DNA of 64,000 nt from Diadema antillarum. Taxonomy: Eukaryota. Numbering within the stretch: position 1 is the first letter of the stretch; the number at the start of each line of letters is the position of its first letter. This document shows, one piece after another, positions 25,446-39,334 of this stretch. A program made the position numbers and the translations under genes. The notes under the pieces were generated by a model that worked only from the letters and a program-made list of their open reading frames with translations, made no database searches and was not told the DNA's origin. The stretch covers positions 868,001 through 932,000 of the forward strand of contig NW_027271029.1 of assembly GCF_040938485.1 (NCBI RefSeq). Direction: 5' to 3'.

Positions 25446-26092
25446 GTCTGTCGATAGGAATTGTAAGCCATAACTGAATTTAAATCCGGCAACAAGAAAT
25501 CAAGCAGAATCAACTGGTTTCTGTTATGCATCTTTGTCCCCTCTAAATCCTTTCAAAAAGTTCTGGAGGCACTCCTTTTCCTGTGATGATATTTTCATTC
25601 CATAATCTTTCATGTGTCTATAGTTTCTCTCTAATCTTTATCTTTAATTCTAACAAATTTACTGTCGTCACCAATTGTCAAATACGACGGAGAAATTCAG
25701 TTACATCTATTATTCTTTCACGGGATAACGCAGACGTTATAATTATGTCAAAAAAGGAGCACTAGATTAAATGTATTTCACTCCATTCTGCTAATGTTTT
25801 GTCTTTGTTGTTAGAATGGGTAGTATCAGTTTTTATGATAATGTAATTAAAGATGTGGCTTTTTTTTTTTTGGGGGGGGGGGGGTTCAATATGAATCAGT
25901 TGTTGTGTAAAGTGTTCGTTTGTTTTATTTTCCTTTGTGTCTCCCTGCTATGTAAAGTTGAATTATTCATTTTGTCATCAAGTTTGATGTAAACCAAATA
26001 CGGTTAGTTTTCGGGCTTTTACTTGGTGTTTTTATGATAAAACCAAAATTGAAAATTGAAATTGATATAACAAGAATGTGTGCTACGATTTG

Positions 26093-26692
26093 TTGCGACT
26101 GTGCATCACAAAACCAACAAAAAGCCACACGTCCTTATTTTCCGTGAGGACTCAAAACAGGTGAAAAGGGCAAACCTAGCCAAATTTTAGTTTTGTACGC
26201 TTTCTGAAAGAGCAAATCTTCTTTAATATATATCGTAAGTTTTGAATCATGAAACAAATGGGAAGTTGCTTTTTGCATTTTTATTCTAGAATACTTTGTT
26301 TCGGTCTGACGTACCTTAAAACACTATTCCCTTTCAACTCTATAACGTTTGAAAGCATGATACTCCTTGCGTTGGAAGTTAACGGTCATGAATAGAATGG
26401 GCTTTTAATGATGTGCAAACTTTCTGTTTAGTCTAAAAATCCCTTCATAGTGGTTATATAGTTTTATATCCTATTCTTTATTCCATTCATTGCAGAGAGC
26501 ACAGCTGGGTGAAATTACACACTTGACCAGACCCCAAACTTTTAAGCCTCTTTTCTCAATAAACACTTTTCCAGAGCGTGTACTTTCTTTCCATTATAGA
26601 TATGTTTGGAAAGTCTATTTTGTTAGTATCCGCTCTTAACTAAAAATGTTTATCTGGTGACTTTTTCAAGGTTGTGTGATACAGGGTCACAT
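26093..26692. mobile_element. Degenerate ~600-bp MITE
   Basis: tgcgactgtgcatcacaaaacc versus ggttgtgtgatacagggtcaca (imperfect TIR). Confidence 0.45.
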
Positions 26693-27011
26693 CGTAATTC
26701 GGTATCAATGCTCCAACCTTGGGGTTGTTCCTGTCGTATACGGTGACGACCTATGCACTGTCCATATCATGATAAAACTGCTACGAAGTGAAATCATTTT
26801 GCGAGGTATTAAGGACGTTGTTTGACAAGTCGGCAAGTGTTTAGGTTGCCATGGTAACCATTTGCTGTAAAGATCCCATGTGATTTAATTTAATTTCATT
26901 TCATTTATTTCTGCACGGCACATAATTCAGCCAACACGGCTGTTCTTCCTCGTGTCACGATATGAAATGACATATTACAAAGCATTTATCCACAATGATG
27001 TATAGACTTAA

Positions 27012-27570
27012 AGGGAAGGTAAGCCCAAAGAGCAATGTGGATTGAGTGAAAGCAGCAACATTAGTAGAACGCATCAGTGAAAGTTTGAGGAAAATTGGAC
27101 AATCGATGCAAAAGTTATGAATTTTTAAAGTTTTGGTGTTGGAACCGCTGGATTAGGAAACTACTAGAGGATATGACGTATGAGTGGACAACAATACAAA
27201 GAAAATATAAAGGAAATTCAACAAAAATTCACTTTTCTAGAATTATGAAAGAGCAATGGACCAACCGCTTTCAGAAAGCAGGGGGAATAATTGCTACCCT
27301 TAACATAATGTCAATATCAAGTTGATGGAATTTGTAATTTTCATGAAAAATGGATTTTTGTAGAATTTTCTTTATATTTTCTTCGTATTGTTGTCTACTC
27401 ATACGTCATAACCTCTAGTAGTCTCCTCGTCCAGCGGTTCCAACACCAAAACTTTAAAAATTCATAACTTTTGCATCGATTGTCCGATTTTCTTCAAACT
27501 TTCACTGATGTGTTCTACTAATGTTGCTGCTTTCACTCAATCTACATTGCTCTTGGGGTTTATCTTTCCT
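27012..27570. mobile_element. Foldback MITE with TTAA TSD and ~225-bp inverted arms (Kolobok-like AGG...CCT ends)
   Basis: ttaa at 27008-27011 and 27571-27574. Arms ~27012-27237 and ~27345-27570. Confidence 0.9.
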
Positions 27571-28489
27571 TTAATAAAGAAGAGACGCTTTTAAACCTGT
27601 CTCACGCGAACTGTTTTAAAGCAACATAGTGACATTTTGTAAAGTACTGATTATTGCCAATGGTAAAAGCGAATTAATGATCTTGCTGTTACTAACATCT
27701 ACTAGTATCCCGAGCCATCGCGCTCTATACACTTAATCATGCATCCTACTCGCGGCGTTTGACTTGACTGTAACAGACGTAATGCTTGCTGATTCTTATT
27801 CAATTTCTACCAACAAGGGAGTGTCGTAAGTGTATTAAGCTGTTGCTGATACTCTACAAATATGTGCTCAGACATGGGAGGTCTGAACAGAGATAACAGA
27901 CTGATGTAACAGAAACCATGTGGGAAATCTGCAAACATTGGATTGGCTCAAGAAAAAAAAAACAAACTTATGGTACTTTTCTCTCACGCACATGGTTCCA
28001 CGCAGGCAGTGACTGATGGCTTTAAACAAGTTAAAGGACCTTGACTTATACAATTTCATCTCAAATATCGTTCGTTGCTGTGTTTGCATTATGTGCGTTT
28101 GTTTGTATTCAGTGTGTTTGTTTGTTCAAAAAGTGTGCGTTTGTGCGTTTGTTTGATATTGCTGTCTTCATTCTACATCAATATGACATCAAGACCTTGG
28201 GAAGTTGCAGCGTAGCTTTCCATTGATTATCGCGCGCTTTTTGCTTTTGGTAGATAAAAATATGCTCTTATAAAATTAACTCAAATCTCATTACGTAAAT
28301 TAGTTTCATTGTTTCGTTTGCTTCCTACACAGAACACCTTCGAGTCAGAAGAAAATGCAGGTACTACAACATAGATTGACAATTGACCATAAGCAGATCT
28401 CTGCAGTTTTCTTATTGTTAACACCCTTTAGAGTGAAAACAAGTGCTTTTATATAGATGGCGACGCGATGCTGCCTGTTGTTTATGCAC

Positions 28490-28885
28490 AGTTACAGTTC
28501 GTTATCCCAAAGGGTCGCTATTCCGAAGATTTTGTTGTTAATCCCAAGGTTCTTAATTTCTAGAATGAAATAAGGCTCGTTATTCCGAAGATTTGCTAAT
28601 CCGAAAAGCAAATAAGGTTTGTTATTCCGAAGATTCGTTAGTGCGCATGCACCTTCTTTTCATTTTCGGATTGACGAACTTTCGAAATAACGAACCCTAT
28701 TTTCATCTTCAGGATTAACGAATTTTTGGAAGAACGACCCTTCGCAATAACGATACACATTATGTTCAGAATAGCGAACCCTTTTTATTTGCGGAATAAT
28801 GATATCTACAGATACGGAATTTCGGGTTTTGGAATGCAATTATAATAGACTATAAGGGACTTTGGGAATAACGAACATCACCTGT
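28490..28885. repeat. Element built from gttattccgaag / cttcggaataac subrepeats in inverted arrangement
   Basis: Several ttattccgaag copies on the left and gaataacgaa copies on the right. Confidence 0.6.
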
Positions 28886-28989
28886 GCACACGTGGTACAA
28901 TAAATTATGTGTCAAGGTGTGTGACTGTGACGAATGTCTTCTTCGCGCATGCTACCCTATATATACCTATCTATACCTGTGTATTGAGT

Positions 28990-29720
28990 AAACGGAGTAA
29001 TATTAGCATAAGATATCAGTGAAAATTTGACGAAAATTGGATAATCCGTTCTGCATTAAAATTTCGGTGCTGATATTGCTATAGATGAGGCAATTATTAC
29101 AGTTCGTGACATGTACGAAAAACGATATAAAGGAAATATAAAATGAATTGTACTAAATTTCCATTTTAAAGTAAAAAGTATACATTCCTTTGACTTGTTA
29201 CTAACATTTGCTAAGAATGATATCATTCCACTGCTTTCTCAAAGAGGTAAGTCCAGAGCTCTTTCATTATGCCTGAGAAGTGAAAATATGTCGAATCTTT
29301 ACATACATTTATTTTTCTTCATCTTTGTCTGTACTTGACGTCACAAAATGTATTCTTCTCATCCAGCGATGGCGGCGCAAAAACTTTGAAAGTTTGTAAA
29401 GTTGATTGCCCTCCTTTTCTCAAACTTTCAGTAATGTTTGTTACCAATGTTGCTGCATTCACTCAATCCACATTTTATTACACAACCTAAGTTTCATCTC
29501 CCTTTTTAACAAGATTAAATTATATCCACTGAAAAGTTTAGTAACACCGTTAGATGGGGTACAGTCGATTGACCGATTTTCATCAAACTTTCAGTAGCTT
29601 AATGTGTGCTACCAAAGTTGCTGCATTTCACTCAATCCACATTTTATTATATATCTAAGTTTCATCTTCCTTTTTATGGAGGTTATATCCACTAAAAAAT
29701 AGTACGACAGTTAGATGTGG
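28990..29720. mobile_element. Decayed copy of the 27012 foldback family with a ~163-bp tandem duplication of its right end plus flank
   Basis: aaactttcagta...gttgctgcat(t)tcactcaatccacattttatt at ~29422 and ~29585. Confidence 0.6.
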
Positions 29721-32700
29721 TTCCTGTGATTTCAATCACACAGAAAGCAGAAAGGAAACTTTCATGAAATTATTTTGTCAGAGCATATAGTACAGTCGCC
29801 ACAAATTTTACTTCTACCACTGACAGCATTACTGGTGTACTAGATAGTATCTCAATTATACGACTATTATCATTAACTCCGACAGTAATATCAGGTTTAC
29901 GAATGGCACAAGGAATCAAAGTCAAAACATTGCATTGGTATACCTGCCGCTGACATGCCTCTGTGTATTCAGGGTGACATTGGTGATAGGCCTTTGTGCA
30001 GTAATGATTGCGTCTGATTGTTTACATTCGGCATTCGTCCCCTCGGGCGCAATTTGTAGTTGAGATTAAACGTTTTGTGCTACAATAGGGGCCATTTATC
30101 TTTCCATTTCACGCTGGTCCGGGCAGTATAAGAAGTAATGAAATCTCCTGTGTTTTTAGCTCACGAGAGCAGGCGGCCAGAAAACGCACTGCATTATTGC
30201 TGAGGTCATTACTGGATCTCCAAAGATACCGGTCACTCATTAACCGCTTCCACTACAATCCCTGCTGGGTTCCACAAAACGCAGAAAGGACCAACGCGAG
30301 AGTGCATTAACCAATAACCCATCACTTGATTTATATTAGGCCTATTCATTCACGGAGTTTTTGCCCCTGCAGTATGCGACAGGCCACAGAATGGTTATTA
30401 CCATATAAAACAACGTTTCTACGCTTTGAAGCCGTCGTCCTCATGGTGTGAATAAACCACCGTTGGAAAGTGTCATAATCGTATTCCGAGGAGAGGGCGA
30501 GAATAAAAGGAGTCTTTTTAGAGTTTCAGTTACCATTTTGTTTTTCTATTTGAATGATGAGAGGGTCTCGAATGTCTATAACTGACTTGAATGACATCGT
30601 GTCTGCCCGGCATATAGGTAAGACGATCTCCTTTTGTGTGCTTTAAAAAAAAGGAAAACATTTAAGATAGCAAGGTAGCAGTGATTACTACAACATGTGT
30701 TTCAGATTGGTATTAGTTTTCGCAATGTCGTGATTACTTGTTTTGTTGTTTTTGTGCTTATTTTCTGCACGAGTGATTGTGAGCGTGTTATTTCCATGAA
30801 TTTATATATTAGCTCGTCTTTCCAGTGGTTTGCGATGAATCAGCTCTATCTGCTCATATCCGTTTATCATGCGGCGAAAACGGCAGTTTTCGTCATTTCA
30901 TCAAAATTAGTCGCTATAAAGCGCACGCGTCACAGGCTGCGGTGATTATTAACGGTGATTAATGGAGCACGTATAGGGCACTGAGGTAATTGGTTGTGCT
31001 AATCAGAGTGTTAGTTAAAAGCGTCGATTAATGTTGATCAAAGCCCTGTGATTTTTCTTTAACTGTATTACAAGAGTGAAAATGTATATACGGCCATAAC
31101 ACGTATTGAGTTGTCTGGATCTGATTCTGTTTGTCTAAAGTTGCTGATGACGCTGAATAAAATGTTTCATATTTCATATAAGCGAAATTATGTAATTACA
31201 CAAGGATAAAATACCATCATACATTGTGCATTATTCATGAAACAAATATTATCAATTATCCTCAAAAACCGCAGTGGGATCTTACTTTGCACAATATCAA
31301 ATTATAGAATAATATCATTTATACGAAATGCCCGACTCTTCGTAGATAAGAGGGGAATGCCATGTACCCACAAGTAATGTTTACTACACAAAATAATGAC
31401 AAACGAAAAAGATTGACTTATCTAATGAGAGTGCCTTTGAGCATAAGAATGTTGTATAACGTGATGTTGCCGCAAATTTCATTCTAAGGCAAAGGAGATG
31501 ATCCCTTATACAAGAGCAAAAAGTAAACTCAAAAATGTGATCTTCACCTGAAAGATTATTAAGTTACAAGGGGCAAAAAACAACAACAATCCAGTATTTG
31601 TGCGTGTTAATGGCATCATAGCAATATACGTTTGCACCATGCATGCATGAGTTCTATAGTACCAAACGTGTAAGACTTTCTGCATTAAAGGATGGGTGTG
31701 TTTTCATGAGTCTTCACACATTACCAAGTGTGGAACACTATACATCTGACATAACAGTGCATGCAGACTATTCCAGGCTGTGGGAAAGCAATGCTAGGAT
31801 ACTTATTACGTTAAAAAAAGGTTTGTTCTTGAAACATTACATCCAATGTGTGTATAAGTGTGTGCGTATGTGTGTGTGTGCGTGTGTGTGTTCGTGTTTG
31901 CGCGTGAACGTGCTTAGTACAGGCCTATACTTTAATGCACACATTGTAGACATTACATATACAACTTATGACTATGCATATTACAATGATATAATGGAAT
32001 AATCATAGAGATTTTTCTCACTATACCCACTCATTATAAGCCATTGATTGATTGATTGACTTTCATCACAGAGAAAAGGCTGCTTTCAGCTGTTAGCTGG
32101 TTTTCAGCAAGGCCGTGAAAATGAATACATTGTGTTTACAAACAGAGTAACAATAAATAAGATATAAACAGAAACATGTAACATAAAAAGGTATATACAA
32201 TGAACGAAAGAAATCAAAAAGAGGAACTGAAGAAAAGTCATACAGATAAAATACAAAGATTTGAAATATGGGCAATCATTGTGTCACAATACAAATGGAT
32301 TAAGAGGTTTCAAAATGGTGGACAAACAAACGGAATGACTGACTAAACATTAGCACTTGAATATAAATCGTTGCAATTATACAGCTATTTTCTGTGTTCC
32401 TTTAATAGATAATTTGATATCATTAGTGATATGTTGTCCTAAGGCTTATTTAAGGGAGATCATTAAAGAGCTTAAGAAGCTAAGTATAATGCACTTTTTC
32501 TTTAAAAAAAATGGTACGTGGTTTTGGGAAAACAACAGTGGTATTATCGAATCGATATTAGCATTCGATTTATGATAAATAATAATAAGCGCATACAGAC
32601 ATACAGATGATATCATTTCCTAGTTTCTGATTTACCATCTCTATGTGGACTCAACACGGGAGATAGATAGGGCGGACTCACTTGTGTGACCTTACATGGA

Positions 32701-33138
32701 CACTCTGAGGATTTAGTTTCAGCAACACAGAATTATCCCGGTACAGAGAAAAAAAAAAAAACTCGCTTATTTTTTTTTTCAATGGGAAATATAGGTCAAA
32801 TTTTGTTGTGATAGTGTGTCCAACGTCGTCATTATCACCGTCATAGCATTACTTTACTTTCATGGAGTATTGTTGTTTTTCTGCAGTAAATGTAGCGTAT
32901 CTTATCTGATCTTAGCTATTCCATCGTTCGGGGTTTTTTTTTCACCTTGCACATGTCGCTATCCTACTTTCGTTATCTACACTGCGATTTAAACATTTAA
33001 AGTAATACATAAAGAAGTGAAATTTCATGACGTAATCCCACGTGACCTAAAGTAAACCAGAACCGTTCGATTCACACTATGGTGTGTAACTTTTGCTTAT
33101 GCGAGATGGGTCCTCGCAAATGTGTCTTTACAGCGGAG

Positions 33139-33144
<6 letters not shown>

Positions 33145-33188
<44 letters not shown>
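33145..33188. repeat. (AC)n microsatellite
   Basis: Perfect AC run. Confidence 0.95.
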
Positions 33189-33190
<2 letters not shown>

Positions 33191-34587
33191 AGATGTAATG
33201 ACCGTGCTATCACATGTAATTAACTGGAACGCACGGTATAGTTTAGCGCTTGCGATTCGACTTTTAAATTTTTGACCCGCCATCAGATTGACCATTAAAC
33301 TTTTCAGTCCACTCACAGTTGATATTGATTACGCGTCTAATGAATTGGTTCGAGAGAAAAATCACTTCTGCATACTGCTCCGGCATCCTAGAGTAGGCTA
33401 TACACCACCGCGTTGTATCCACCTTATCATAAATGATTAAGATGACGTAATATACTTCAATTGATGGTTACTCTCAAAGTGGTTTACTTAGAATGTGGCA
33501 AGTTTGCTCTTGAGCATTGATTAGGCGAGCCTACTCTACGCACTCTAATTGATGTATTGTCTGAAAACTATACATAAAGATACAAAGGCTATTGTTGCGC
33601 CGTTTGGACTCTACTGCTCACGTCTCTTTTGCGCCTGAAGACCAGATTTTTCATGTCCCTCATAATGAGTAATCAGTGCTGGTCAGCAATCAACGTGTGC
33701 GTGTATAAAAAAAAAAAATCGATTTTCTTTAGAATGTGTCCGAGAACCTTCACGAATCACTACAATAACATAGGCCGTAGGATGACGGTAACTGGACCCA
33801 TGCGGCTGGACACCCATTGTAAGCTAGGTTTTCTTGAAAAACCTCTGATTTAAAAGCCTTCATACAAAGACTCTTTGACCTGAATAGGGTTACATTCAAA
33901 ATTATCGGATAATCATAGGCAAAGGGTGAAAGAGCGAGAGATTTGCTATCTTTCTTCTCTCCCTTTCCTATTGCCATGCACCTCCGTCACAAACTACCAG
34001 TACTTAGTCTGAAATAAGCTGCGTGGTGTGGTCTGAGCTACGAATTCTGACAATTAGTGGCGTATACGAATCCTGGCAAGTGACGAGAGAGAAAAGTTGC
34101 ACGTTCAATAGTCAGAAGTTTGACGAAGCTCGACGTACACAAGCATCTGTTTGGATTGTTTCCCAACCGCCCAGTATATCCCGCCACCCAAAGGAGCATT
34201 ATTCTATACATGAACGCACGTCTCGTTGGTAGTTTATTGTGACGCCACCTCTGGGTCATGATATCTTGCCCCACCCCGAACAAAGGACAGCCAATGACTG
34301 TATATAGCTGATGTGACCGCCACTAGTGTCTCCTGCGAACTCCTTGCGACACAGTCGTGATAGACCGTTGTCACGATAGACCGTTGACTCTGCTTATTTT
34401 AAAGCTATTGAAGAGTTTGGTTTGACCGTAACTTTGCAGGTATTTCCTTCTTCTTCGTATATACTGTCCAACACCCCTTAGTAGGGGCCAACCGGACAGG
34501 GGGTGCGCTGGTGTTTCCGCTCCTATGTTTTCCTTTTCCTGACCAGCTCTTCCATCATTATCATACATTATACATACACAAACACGG

Positions 34588-34591
<4 letters not shown>

Positions 34592-34628
<37 letters not shown>

Positions 34629-34642
34629 TACATACATACACA
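34592..34642. repeat. (CA)n/(CATA)n compound microsatellite
   Basis: Direct reading. Confidence 0.9.
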
Positions 34643-35704
34643 CAGTTATAGATACTTTCGATGCATTAGAGTACAGTATACATTCCATTGTAAGCATCCA
34701 TAAACATGATAATGACGTAAACATCGTCAATAATTTAGGCCTACATCTGTGACCCTTCCCCCCCCCCCCTTAAATCATTTGAACCGGCTGACCAAAATGA
34801 TATCATTGTTTACGCCAGTATTGATTTCATTCATCAGCGACCATCGCGGAAACCATACAGCCACTGACATTTAACACTGGTTAGAAATAACTACAGTAGC
34901 AACTACGAGCTATACGGGCAGGAACACTGACATTTTCACACTAGTTATTACTAGGTGCCTACAGAGACGCAATTGCGAGCTAGATCGGATTGGTTTCCGT
35001 TTCCATCGGATTTTCTGGCGAGTGAATGGAAGCGAGACTGCATGCGTTGGATTAACAGTGTCGCTTCTACCGCGGGAGTGCCGATCTCTTGCGATTGTGA
35101 CGACTGAACATGGCATTTTACCCTCCTGTCGCTGATTATGAAGATTAATGTTCGATTACTGTTCTAGACTGGAGTTTATCCGTATGATTGATACCCTGAC
35201 TCCTGACACAACGAGCAAGCTCCCGACTCTGCCGAGGAAAACAGAAATTGAAGATTTAGGGGACACAAAGAAAAAGCAATGAGTTTGTAATGTTGTGGAT
35301 GTCAAAGCAGGACCACCCATTGAGCATTTAAATCGTAGTCGCATCGACCAGTAGTCTTTTCACTTTTCTCATCACCTAGTCAAGTGCGGACGTTCATCAT
35401 GTGATTACAACATCTTCTTTGATCTTACCTTTTTAATGGAGACGCACATTAATGGTGGCCCGATTAATTTCCTTCAATACTCAATCAGTAAATTGACTTG
35501 ATTTTTTTTTTCTCGTCAGAAATGACTTAGATAGTTGGAGCAGCGACACATATGGTTTTAATGGGCGATTGGATGGGTGCTCCAACAGAAATGGGAGTAG
35601 TAGATTGGACCTGCTGATTGCAGCCGGCTTGTTTACTTAGGGAGTTATTAGTCTGTCAAGTCTATATTGGTCGTGCTTTTAATTGTGAGAATCTCTGTCC
35701 CGAA

Positions 35705-35780
35705 ATGCCAGCCATCGTTCCGACCGATTCTGCCGGCGCGGCTTGGTCCGCGGAGTCATCGGGTGTCTCAACCGTCGAGA
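35705..35780 (+). CDS. DEG/ENaC isoform A, first coding exon (MPAIVPTDSAGAAWSAESSGVSTVE)
   Basis: GC-rich, with a consensus AGA|gtaagt donor in phase 1. Joins in frame to 36394 (A+AG = Lys, then MSG). Confidence 0.65.
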
Positions 35781-36393
35781 GTAAGTTAGTGTGGCCGACA
35801 TCGTGGAAGTAGATGCCATTTCCTGCAGAATATCATTCACAAGAATCAGACAAACTAAAACTGTATATTCTTCTGTGAAATTATTGTGTGACTAAAATGA
35901 CTTATCGATTTTCTATCAGAGAACGTTTCTTTCCTGATACATAAAGAATGTACTTGTCACCGTAAAATGTCGGGTTTTTTGTAATTAATACATTGTCTGA
36001 CTGTATGTTCAAGCTAGCAGTCTGCGGCTTTGCTTCAGCTACAGCTACACACCGTAGACATAAGTGTAACCATATATCATTATACTGAATTAGGAAAATG
36101 TGTAACCCAACGTAATGGAAATCTTGAAAGTCTCGGTTCAAATTGTATCCGCGCTCCTCATATGCTATGGAGAAAAACGACGTCCCTTGTTCCTGTATAT
36201 ATTGTGATTTTACTGTGGGAGAAGAAAATGATTTATCTTATTATGTTTCTCATAATTTATATGTTTTATTCCTTTTACAAATGATAGCTTATCAATCCTG
36301 GGATTATAATGTTTATAGCATCATCTGGAAGACATGTAATACAACATGACGGTTGATTTTAATAGTATCTGTTATTTTTTTTTCTTCATGCAG

Positions 36394-36887
36394 AGATGTC
36401 GGGGCTGAAAAAGGACTCGGAAGTGACATACCGTAAGAGCAATGCGACAATGTCTCAGAATCGGAAAAGGGTTCTGAGCACTGCAGCCGCCAACGAAGGC
36501 GTCGACGAAGACGAGCTCAATGCGTATCTCATGATCGGGTCGACACTCGAGAACACGGGCGCTCACGGCATCCCGAACATCATCCGCGCCAAGTCACCCC
36601 ACCGTCGTATTCTTTGGGCTGTGCTCTTCCTGGGCGGCGTCGGTTTCTTCCTCTGGCAAGGTGTGACCATTATCAAAAAGTACTATGACTACGACGTCGT
36701 CGTCAACCTCGACATCCAGTACGAATCGACTATCGACATGCCAGCCATCACCATCTGCAACATGAACCCAATCACGAACTCGAGCTTGAGCACATTTTCC
36801 AGTGAGCTGGAGCGACTGCTGGTCGAGGACCAAACTGTGGCAACGCCACCGATGCCAGCAGGTCCTACTGTAGCAGCGACAAGAATG
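36394..36887 (+). CDS. DEG/ENaC (amiloride-sensitive channel family) isoform A exon: N-terminus, HG motif, TM1, start of ectodomain
   Basis: ENTGAHGIPNI, RRILWAVLFLGGVGFFLWQ (TM1), PAITICNMNP. Acceptor ttcatgcag|, donor ATG|gtgagt in phase 0. Confidence 0.9.
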
Positions 36888-39149
36888 GTGAGTTTTTATC
36901 ACTATTTTTGTTTGTTTGTCTGTCTGTTGTCGAATCGCAACAGACATGTGGCCATTGTTTTGGTGTCTGTAAATATGTGATAGGGACACACACATTCACA
37001 AGTTCATACTTCATACACATGTTCATTCACACACACACAGATATAATCATATTATATACTGTATTATATGTGTATTCTTGTATGTATACGCATATGTATT
37101 TGCGTAACGATATATCTATTATGGCAGGCACCAGGCGAGTCACTTGTAATAACAATATTTTAGTCGCTTTTTAGAACCTTGATCAAAAGTTCATAACTTT
37201 TGTCTTACAAGTGTCTTCTTCAGTGGAGCATCTACTGACGGGTACTCATCATTTACAACAGTCAAACATGTTGTAAGCATTTAATTTTGGGTCTTTAAGT
37301 CCACTTCCCTGCTTGCTGTGACCTTATTATTATATATAATGAAACATTTCGAGATTTCAAGATTTACACTGGAAAGAAAACGACAACAAGCCAATCTAAG
37401 CCCGAAGACCACATTAATTTCTTTGAATACTGAAAGACAAATGACAACTAAATCGAAACATCAACAATTTTCAGTTCACTTTGCAAACATAGACAGGATG
37501 ATAGAGCACGAACCAAAGTCTGAGAATGATTATCTCTTTCAAGTGAATTGTCTGCGAGAGTACCCACGCATTTGTTTTTGTCAGAAACTATCCTGCGAAG
37601 TGGTGTTTCTGCAATTGTTGCCCCCCCTCCCCCCTCCCCGAAAACCCCCACATATGATTATAAGCAATGCTTCTTTAAGCGAGGGAAAACAAAACTGAGT
37701 CGCACGCTATTATTAATAAGCAGATGGAGCTTAAGGTTCATCTCATATTCGAAGGCGGGAAGGTGGTGGAAGATGGACTGGAAGGCATCTGTCGCCATGG
37801 TAACATCCCTTGAGTCTTTTGAAGGGTTTCTTCTGCATCAGCATGACAATGAGGAAGATAGATTTTTTTTTTGAACAGTGTAAAATCCCATACCTTGAAG
37901 ACTTCAACTTTTTCTCGATCGGTTAAACTCGGACCAAAAATATTCTGATTGCCAGACAGGCGTCGTGTATCGTCTTGTCTAGCAATAGTATTCAGGAATT
38001 CGCTGGTTCGAGTCTAACCCGAGTATGAATGCCCACGTTTGTTTGTTTTTTTCCATCATGTATTATGGCTACTTCTGAAACAATGAATTATCAGTGATTA
38101 TTGGCGTCGATAAAGGGCAATTTATCAATCAGTTGCAATTAAAACAAAATACTATTCGACGCCAAAATTCATTGATTTGAATGCTATGCTTACTTTCTTA
38201 AGGTGTCGATCAAATTAGTTTCTGAAAATACAATTTTGATTCTTTGCTGCACGACCGTACGGTCCAAAGTTAAAGAGAAAGAGAAAGCGACAAGTCGACA
38301 TTACATCAAAACGTAATGAAACGGACGAGCAGGCAAATGGGTTGCCAAGTGACGCCAGGACACCCTGAATGATACACTACCTCTGAGTGTGGGCACCCAT
38401 CATTATTTAAGTGAGTGCATGCCTGCCTCTTATATACGAGGTCACTTCCGTTTGTTTGCAATGGGTACATCGCTAGTTGTTTGTTTGTTTGTTTGTTTTA
38501 TAAGGTATCACTTATATAACTATCTCGTGTTTGCAACTTCGATGGCCAGAACCTATATCAATCAAAGTCAAATATCCTACATGCTGTAAATGATTATGAG
38601 TCAGCCTATACGAATGATTCAGACGATTGATATATTGTGGGAACGTTTGTTTCATCTTTACCGGACAGGACTGGTAGAAGCAAAATGGCGTACAATTCCA
38701 GCTACTCGTAACCATGGACTTACGTCGTAGGTCCATGTCGTAACAAACACCCATCAGGAATGACCTTCGACGGGGAGGGGGGGGGGGGTAGGCATTTAAT
38801 GTTAATCACTGCTTATTAGGTAGTCTCAATAGACTGTTTCTTTCGTGGAGCAGAGTTAGCGATTCGTCATTGTTCATTTGAGCATGGAGCTTCGTTGTAG
38901 CTCCATGATTATTTGAGTGATATTACGATCAAAACTGCATCATAATCGTCCGATGAGTCGAAAGCACCGGCAGAAGTTGACTGTATAGTGGAGACTTCAG
39001 TCCGTTTCATAGCAGGGCCCCTTTAATGACATCGCACAATGATTTCGTTAGCATGTTAACTCTCTGCACACCACATTATTTTTTTGACACGTTGACACGG
39101 ACAGGATTAATGAGGGAGAGGCGAATTACCAAATTCATTTATTTCCTTT

Positions 39150-39334
39150 TATGGGGATCGTTTGTTTTACTATGTCTTTGGATATCTCAGCCATTTCAAA
39201 ACCAAATTTCATCAAATAAATTTTGAATTCTTCTTAGAATTGTAGACTTCTTAACATTTCATAAACTGGTTTCTAAATATCTCGCAAAAAGGTAAATGCT
39301 GAATTCTCACCTTAGCCAATACGACACCATCCCT
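39150..39334. mobile_element. Right half of a TTAA (Kolobok-like) MITE, same family as 49165 and 62302
   Basis: ttggatatctcagccatttcaaaacc ... accatccct|ttaa. Confidence 0.7.

Noticed and set aside
18905-34320. CTCF-like strings near 18908, 34239 and 34316
   Set aside because: They have two or more mismatches or a gap in the core, which is expected by chance.
35184-35282. Short ORF MIDTLTPDTTSKLPTLPRKTEIEDLGDTKKKQ*
   Set aside because: No upstream partner exons found; may be leader or chance.
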